This document shows positions 6,765-10,133 of a stretch of DNA of 10,133 nt, in pieces. The DNA comes from a virus (Duplodnaviria > Heunggongvirae > Uroviricota > Caudoviricetes), in the IMG/VR virus record IMGVR_UViG_2695420701_000015. One strand, 5' to 3'. The translations under genes and the position numbers were made by a program. Each line of letters opens with the position of its first letter. Position 1 is the first letter of the stretch. The notes under the pieces were generated by a model that worked only from the letters and a program-made list of their open reading frames with translations, was not told the origin of the DNA and searched no databases.

Positions 6765-6886
6765 CAGACGCTCTCAATCGCATTCTAACGCAAAAAACTA
6801 TCTTATTTTAGGGTGGGTAATACCACTGTACAGGCTACCCCTGAAAAAGACTGTTTAGCTCGTTACAGAGCGATTGAGGAGGTCTG
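6765..6886. repeat. Palindromic repeated element, copy 2 (CAGACGCTCTCAATCGC ... GCGATTGAGGAGGTCTG)
   Basis: Same terminal arms as copy 1 and an internal palindromic core. It ends about 20 nt before the ATG of the 6907 gene on the plus strand. Confidence 0.8.
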
Positions 6887-6906
6887 GTAAAAAGGAGATT
6901 TTAAAA

Positions 6907-7230
6907 ATGAACGAATATGAATTACAGATTTTCATTGATAGCGACACTGCTATGATGGTGCAGGCTTTCGCTGATTCCGGTGTATCAATTGACCTTGATA
7001 AATTACTAAAGCTAATGGCTGAAAACTCAGAAGAAATTGAAGACTTTATTCAGGAAATTGAAACTGGTGAACCGCGTTTTATGTTTCCTGTTACCGACTC
7101 AAACATGAAGCGTCTTATTATCGAAGAAACGAACAAATACAGCGTTAGCCCTGAAAAATATCTCAAGGCGGCTATAGCAATTTTGTATAGCGATAATATT
7201 CTGGTGACGGATTCGAAGGTGGTGCATTAA
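6907..7230 (+). CDS. Hypothetical acidic small protein, 107 aa (ATG at 6907; the ORF track start at 6874 is a TTG inside the repeat element)
   Basis: AAGGAG RBS 9 nt upstream of ATG 6907. Asp/Glu-rich. Confidence 0.7.
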   Translation: MNEYELQIFIDSDTAMMVQAFADSGVSIDLDKLLKLMAENSEEIEDFIQEIETGEPRFMFPVTDSNMKRLIIEETNKYSVSPEKYLKAAIAILYSDNILVTDSKVVH

Positions 7231-7295
7231 TGGAATTGGTGATTATCTGTTTTGTATTGATTGGTATGATTGCAGGTGCATCTATTAAAGTATAA
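7230..7295 (+). CDS. Candidate 21-aa hydrophobic peptide MELVIICFVLIGMIAGASIKV
   Basis: ATG overlaps the stop of the 6907 gene (TAATG). Almost entirely hydrophobic, roughly one transmembrane span. Too short for the ORF track. Confidence 0.35.
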   Translation: MELVIICFVLIGMIAGASIKV

Positions 7296-7319
7296 ATGTT
7301 ACCAATCTGTTAAAAGCTG

Positions 7320-7348
7320 TTGACAAACAACCTTGAGCATGACATAAT
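7320..7348 (+). promoter_or_regulatory. Candidate sigma70 promoter TTGACA-17 bp-CATAAT
   Basis: Consensus -35 with 17-bp spacer, followed by TGTATATATGG as at the 5337 promoter. Confidence 0.5.
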
Positions 7349-7357
7349 TGTATATAT

Positions 7358-7385
7358 GGGGAGAGCAATTCTCTCTTATTTTTTC
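7358..7385 (+). terminator. Intrinsic-terminator-like hairpin (GGGAGAG-CAATT-CTCTC followed by TTATTTTTTC)
   Basis: Short stem followed by a T-run, 63 nt after the stop of the 7230-7295 ORF. It could terminate the 5417-7295 operon or attenuate transcripts from the 7320 promoter. Confidence 0.5.
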
Positions 7386-7516
7386 TTTCAATAATCCGAT
7401 GGATGGATATTCTGAGTTGGAAAGGTGCAATGCTTTTCGTCCTAGCCTTTCAGGTTGGTCTGAGAGGCTATCTCAAAAAGTCTTTGTTCATTCATTATTG
7501 AATCCTTTACAGCTTT

Positions 7517-7544
7517 GCCCTAATCATGAGTTAGGGCTTTCTTT
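7517..7544 (+). terminator. Hairpin GCCCTAA-N7-TTAGGGC followed by TTTCTTT
   Basis: Perfect 7-bp stem plus T-rich tail, read directly. Confidence 0.4.
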
Positions 7545-7613
7545 AAGAGTTTTTAAACAGAGCTTTTAAAGAAAGTTTTCCTGAAACTTCGTTAACGTTA
7601 TAAGCAAACCTCC

Positions 7614-7646
7614 AAAGCCCTTCACAGATTATGTTTAGGGCTTTTC
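7614..7646 (+). terminator. Hairpin AAAGCCC-N17-GGGCTTT with T-rich tail
   Basis: 7-bp stem read directly; shares the TTAGGGCTTT motif with the 7517 hairpin. Confidence 0.35.
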
Positions 7647-7717
7647 TTAATAGAGCATCTTTAATAAATCGTTAAGTCATCTTCTAAGTGTATTGGCGTT
7701 GAAGGTGCTCTATTAAG
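7646..7717 (+). promoter_or_regulatory. Perfect 12-bp inverted repeat CTTAATAGAGCA / TGCTCTATTAAG separated by 48 nt, just upstream of the RBS of the 7745 gene
   Basis: Read directly. The right arm ends 14 nt before AGAGG (7732-7736). Function unknown; could be an operator pair or a leader RNA stem. Confidence 0.5.
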
Positions 7718-7744
7718 AAATAACCACACTTAGAGGAAATTATA

Positions 7745-8455
7745 ATGACAAACGATTTATATATTAACGGTAAAAAGGTTGATAGCTTCGGAGACTGGTC
7801 ACCACAGGGTGAACATCCGCTACATACTATTCAGCGTCAAGAGCATGACAAGCGCATTGAGCTTGAGCAAGAGCTAAAGATGTCACCAAAGGTAATTTCC
7901 TTTGTGTCTCCTGAGCCTCAAGAAATGCCTGATATCTGCAAAACTGAAGCACTATTTGAGCTTGAGCGTGAATATTACCCAGCTTTAAAATCACAGCGTC
8001 TTAGACTTGATGTCGCTTACGATGCTGTTAAGAACTTCGAAGAAACCTCGAAACCTTCAGAATATGATATTGCTTACGAGATTAAGTCAAACCCGTTTAT
8101 CTATTATGAAGGAAACTTTAATGATGGTTTTGGTACAGCGATTGAAGACGTTCCTAAAGTTCTTCAAAGTATCCCTGAAGGGTTCCGGTTAATTGATGTC
8201 AGACAAGCATTAAGGGGTTCTGGTCAATTTATTCTGATGACTGATAAAACAGATGAAGAGATTCTTCAGTTAGCTGAAGCTAATTTGACTAAGCATTATT
8301 CCGGTAAACTGGATAAGTTAAAGCAAAAGCTTAAAAAAGAACTTGATACTATGAAAGAACTTGTTAGTGAATATGAGTCGCAGAAGAAGATTGCTTTGAT
8401 GGCTGATATTGAGCAGTTAACGAAGATTTCTCAGAAGTATAGCAAGGCTGTTTGA
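7745..8455 (+). CDS. Hypothetical protein, 236 aa, helical and charged C-terminal third
   Basis: AGAGG RBS 8 nt upstream. No family recognised. C-terminus rich in K/E/L, suggesting coiled coil. Confidence 0.75.
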   Translation: MTNDLYINGKKVDSFGDWSPQGEHPLHTIQRQEHDKRIELEQELKMSPKVISFVSPEPQEMPDICKTEALFELEREYYPALKSQRLRLDVAYDAVKNFEETSKPSEYDIAYEIKSNPFIYYEGNFNDGFGTAIEDVPKVLQSIPEGFRLIDVRQALRGSGQFILMTDKTDEEILQLAEANLTKHYSGKLDKLKQKLKKELDTMKELVSEYESQKKIALMADIEQLTKISQKYSKAV

Positions 8456-8477
8456 TTATGAATTAAAGAGGTGATTA

Positions 8478-8687
8478 ATGTTTGAAGAACGTTTAGAGAC
8501 TATTCGGTCTGTTTGTGAAAACTTAAAGTTACAAACTAAGCCAGCCTTAAGAATTAAAAACAAACGTCAAGTTATCACCTCACACAAACCAAAAACACGC
8601 AAGATTCCAAAGTGGTGTATTGACCGTATTCCTTCTGATGCTCAAATCATAGGTGAAACGGAATTACATTATCTTGTCCGACATTAA
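8478..8687 (+). CDS. Hypothetical basic small protein, 69 aa
   Basis: AAGAGG upstream of the ATG; Lys/Arg-rich; followed by a terminator. Confidence 0.6.
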   Translation: MFEERLETIRSVCENLKLQTKPALRIKNKRQVITSHKPKTRKIPKWCIDRIPSDAQIIGETELHYLVRH

Positions 8688-8710
8688 AAAAGAATTGGTT
8701 GGGTAAATAC

Positions 8711-8753
8711 GGGGAGAGATTATCGAGTGACATCGGTAGCTCTCCCTTTTTTT
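8711..8753 (+). terminator. Rho-independent terminator (GGGGAGAG ... CTCTCCC followed by T7)
   Basis: GC-rich inverted repeat (loop about 21 nt) immediately followed by TTTTTTT, 24 nt after the stop of the 8478-8687 ORF. Confidence 0.65.
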
Positions 8754-8843
8754 GTATGTGTGCTACGTGAAATCTGTAAAGCTAATACCCACACTGAAAA
8801 ATAGAATTTACGTACAACACGCTTAAAGAGGTGAAAAATATGA

Positions 8844-10121
8844 ATGGCACAATTTAAAGTTGATGATTTTCTGATTGAGTTAAGTTTTAACTCTCAGAAA
8901 GTTTTAAAAGGCTTGGAAAAAGCCGAGAAACAAACGATGCAGGTAGCATCACGAATTGAGAAGCGATTGAATAAGTCGTTTAGAGTTAATCCTACGCCTT
9001 TAAATGATTCTCTCAAACTAATGGAAAGAAATGTCGATAAAACTGTTTCCAAGATTGAGCAGCGTCTTAAAAACACTAGAGCGTTTAAGATTAAAACTGA
9101 AATTGAGGATACTTTAAAGCCACTTAGACAACCAAGACAGCCACGAATTAGCGGAAGCAGAGCAATCACAGCAGCTTACTCAGCGAATATGAGCAAGCTT
9201 CGTGACTTTAATCCTATGCTTGAGAAGTATTTTAAAAGCCAGTATTACAGCTTAAGCAGTAAATCCAAGACACTTGGAAACGAAACTTTTAATCGTGAGT
9301 TAGCAAAGTTAAATCAGTCTCTTCGTGAAACACTTTCTAAGTTTAACAAGACCACCAGCAAAAATAATCACAGTGAAAATGCTTCAAATAGTCTGGATGT
9401 ATTAGCTACGAGTGCAATCAAAGCAGGTACAGCCATTTATAGTTTTCAGACAGCCTTAGAAGCTTACAGGCGGATTATGGAGGTTGGTCTGAAAAAAGAA
9501 GCATCACAACGAGCGGCACAATTCGTTTTAGGTGATGAAGGTGCTAAACGAGCTACAGAATTTGTTAAGAATCTTGCTGATAGTAGTGGTGTAGACCAGA
9601 TTGAAACATTAAGCAGTTTTGCTAAGTTTTCCGCTGGTGCTGGTGATATGAATGCAGACCAGAAAGAATCCTTATTTTCTAATGTGATTGGTACATCCAG
9701 ATTAATGGGGCTAAGCACCGATGAAATTAACGGGATTTTAAAAGCTTTCGAGCAGATGGCATCTAAAGGAAAGATTCAGGCTGAAGAGCTACGCGGTCAA
9801 TTAGGTGACAGAATGGCAGGTGCTTTTCAGTTATTTGCCAGAAGTCTTGGGATGACTACGGAAGAATTAGACAAGGCCATGAAAGACGGTAAGGTTCTTT
9901 CTAAAGATGTTCTTCCTAAAGTATCCGCTGAAATGGGAAGGATGATTGATAAAGCTGGTGGATGGGAAAAGATTATTAACTCTACTCAGACGCAGTTAGG
10001 CCGCTTAAGTAATTCATGGAATAATAATCTGGCCTTAATGTTCGATGGTTCACAGGAAGGTTTAACAGACTTTACAAGGTCACTGACTAATTTACTTAAT
10101 TCACTAAATAGCTGCGCTTAA
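8844..10121 (+). CDS. Tape-measure-domain protein, 425 aa
   Basis: AAAGAGGTG RBS 10 nt upstream. Residues about 290-380 (GILKAFEQMASKGKIQAEELRGQLGDRMAGAFQLFARSLGMTTEELDKAMKDGKVLSKDVLPKVSAEMGR) match the conserved phage tail tape-measure N-terminal-type domain pattern as I recall it. Predicted helical N-terminal half. Complete ORF with TAA at 10119-10121. Confidence 0.8.
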   Translation: MAQFKVDDFLIELSFNSQKVLKGLEKAEKQTMQVASRIEKRLNKSFRVNPTPLNDSLKLMERNVDKTVSKIEQRLKNTRAFKIKTEIEDTLKPLRQPRQPRISGSRAITAAYSANMSKLRDFNPMLEKYFKSQYYSLSSKSKTLGNETFNRELAKLNQSLRETLSKFNKTTSKNNHSENASNSLDVLATSAIKAGTAIYSFQTALEAYRRIMEVGLKKEASQRAAQFVLGDEGAKRATEFVKNLADSSGVDQIETLSSFAKFSAGAGDMNADQKESLFSNVIGTSRLMGLSTDEINGILKAFEQMASKGKIQAEELRGQLGDRMAGAFQLFARSLGMTTEELDKAMKDGKVLSKDVLPKVSAEMGRMIDKAGGWEKIINSTQTQLGRLSNSWNNNLALMFDGSQEGLTDFTRSLTNLLNSLNSCA

Positions 10122-10133
10122 TACCGCTACACT

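Noticed and set aside
7348-7569. Plus-strand 73-aa ORF
   Set aside because: Begins inside the promoter and terminator hairpin and runs through hairpin-rich DNA; no RBS. The region is better explained as non-coding.
7350-7744. Type III toxin-antitoxin (ToxIN-like) RNA repeat array upstream of the 7745 gene
   Set aside because: No array of short (about 36-nt) tandem repeats; only two hairpins sharing a 10-nt motif. The downstream protein shows no resemblance I can recognise to ToxN or AbiQ.
8007-8192. Plus-strand 61-aa ORF
   Set aside because: Nested out of frame in the 7745-8455 gene.
8894-9718. Minus-strand ORFs 8894-9169 and 9464-9718
   Set aside because: Antisense within the tape-measure-domain gene.
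1-10133. tRNA or rRNA genes
   Set aside because: No tRNA-like T-loop or acceptor pattern and no rRNA-like conserved stretch was recognised on either strand.

Overview
Low-GC mosaic accessory region, most consistent with a plasmid or phage-plasmid; no tools were run and all calls are from reading the sequence. Layout: (1) a complete small serine recombinase gene (36-587) whose 3' part plus about 190 bp of downstream DNA recurs as a tandem second copy (777-1356) and as a third partial copy (3452-3684) fused to the interior of an IS1 remnant; (2) a phage Dam-family N6-adenine methyltransferase with an HTH-like tail (1509-2171); (3) a winged-helix rep-like gene split across two frames at a pair of 15-bp palindromic repeats and then cut by the IS1 left end (2535-3138); (4) about 1.2 kb of repeat-rich non-coding DNA (3685-4945); (5) a promoter-driven operon of six small, translationally coupled genes of unknown function (5417-7295), preceded by one of two copies of a roughly 100-120 bp palindromic element; (6) a promoter, hairpin and long inverted-repeat region (7320-7744) in front of a two-gene unit (7745-8687); (7) a 425-aa protein with a tape-measure-type domain (8844-10121). 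No rRNA, tRNA or CRISPR array was seen. The most likely candidates for something undescribed are the repeated palindromic element, the small-gene operon, and the three-copy recombinase module with its variable palindromic patch. Protein family assignments rest on remembered motifs and need HMM or BLAST confirmation.
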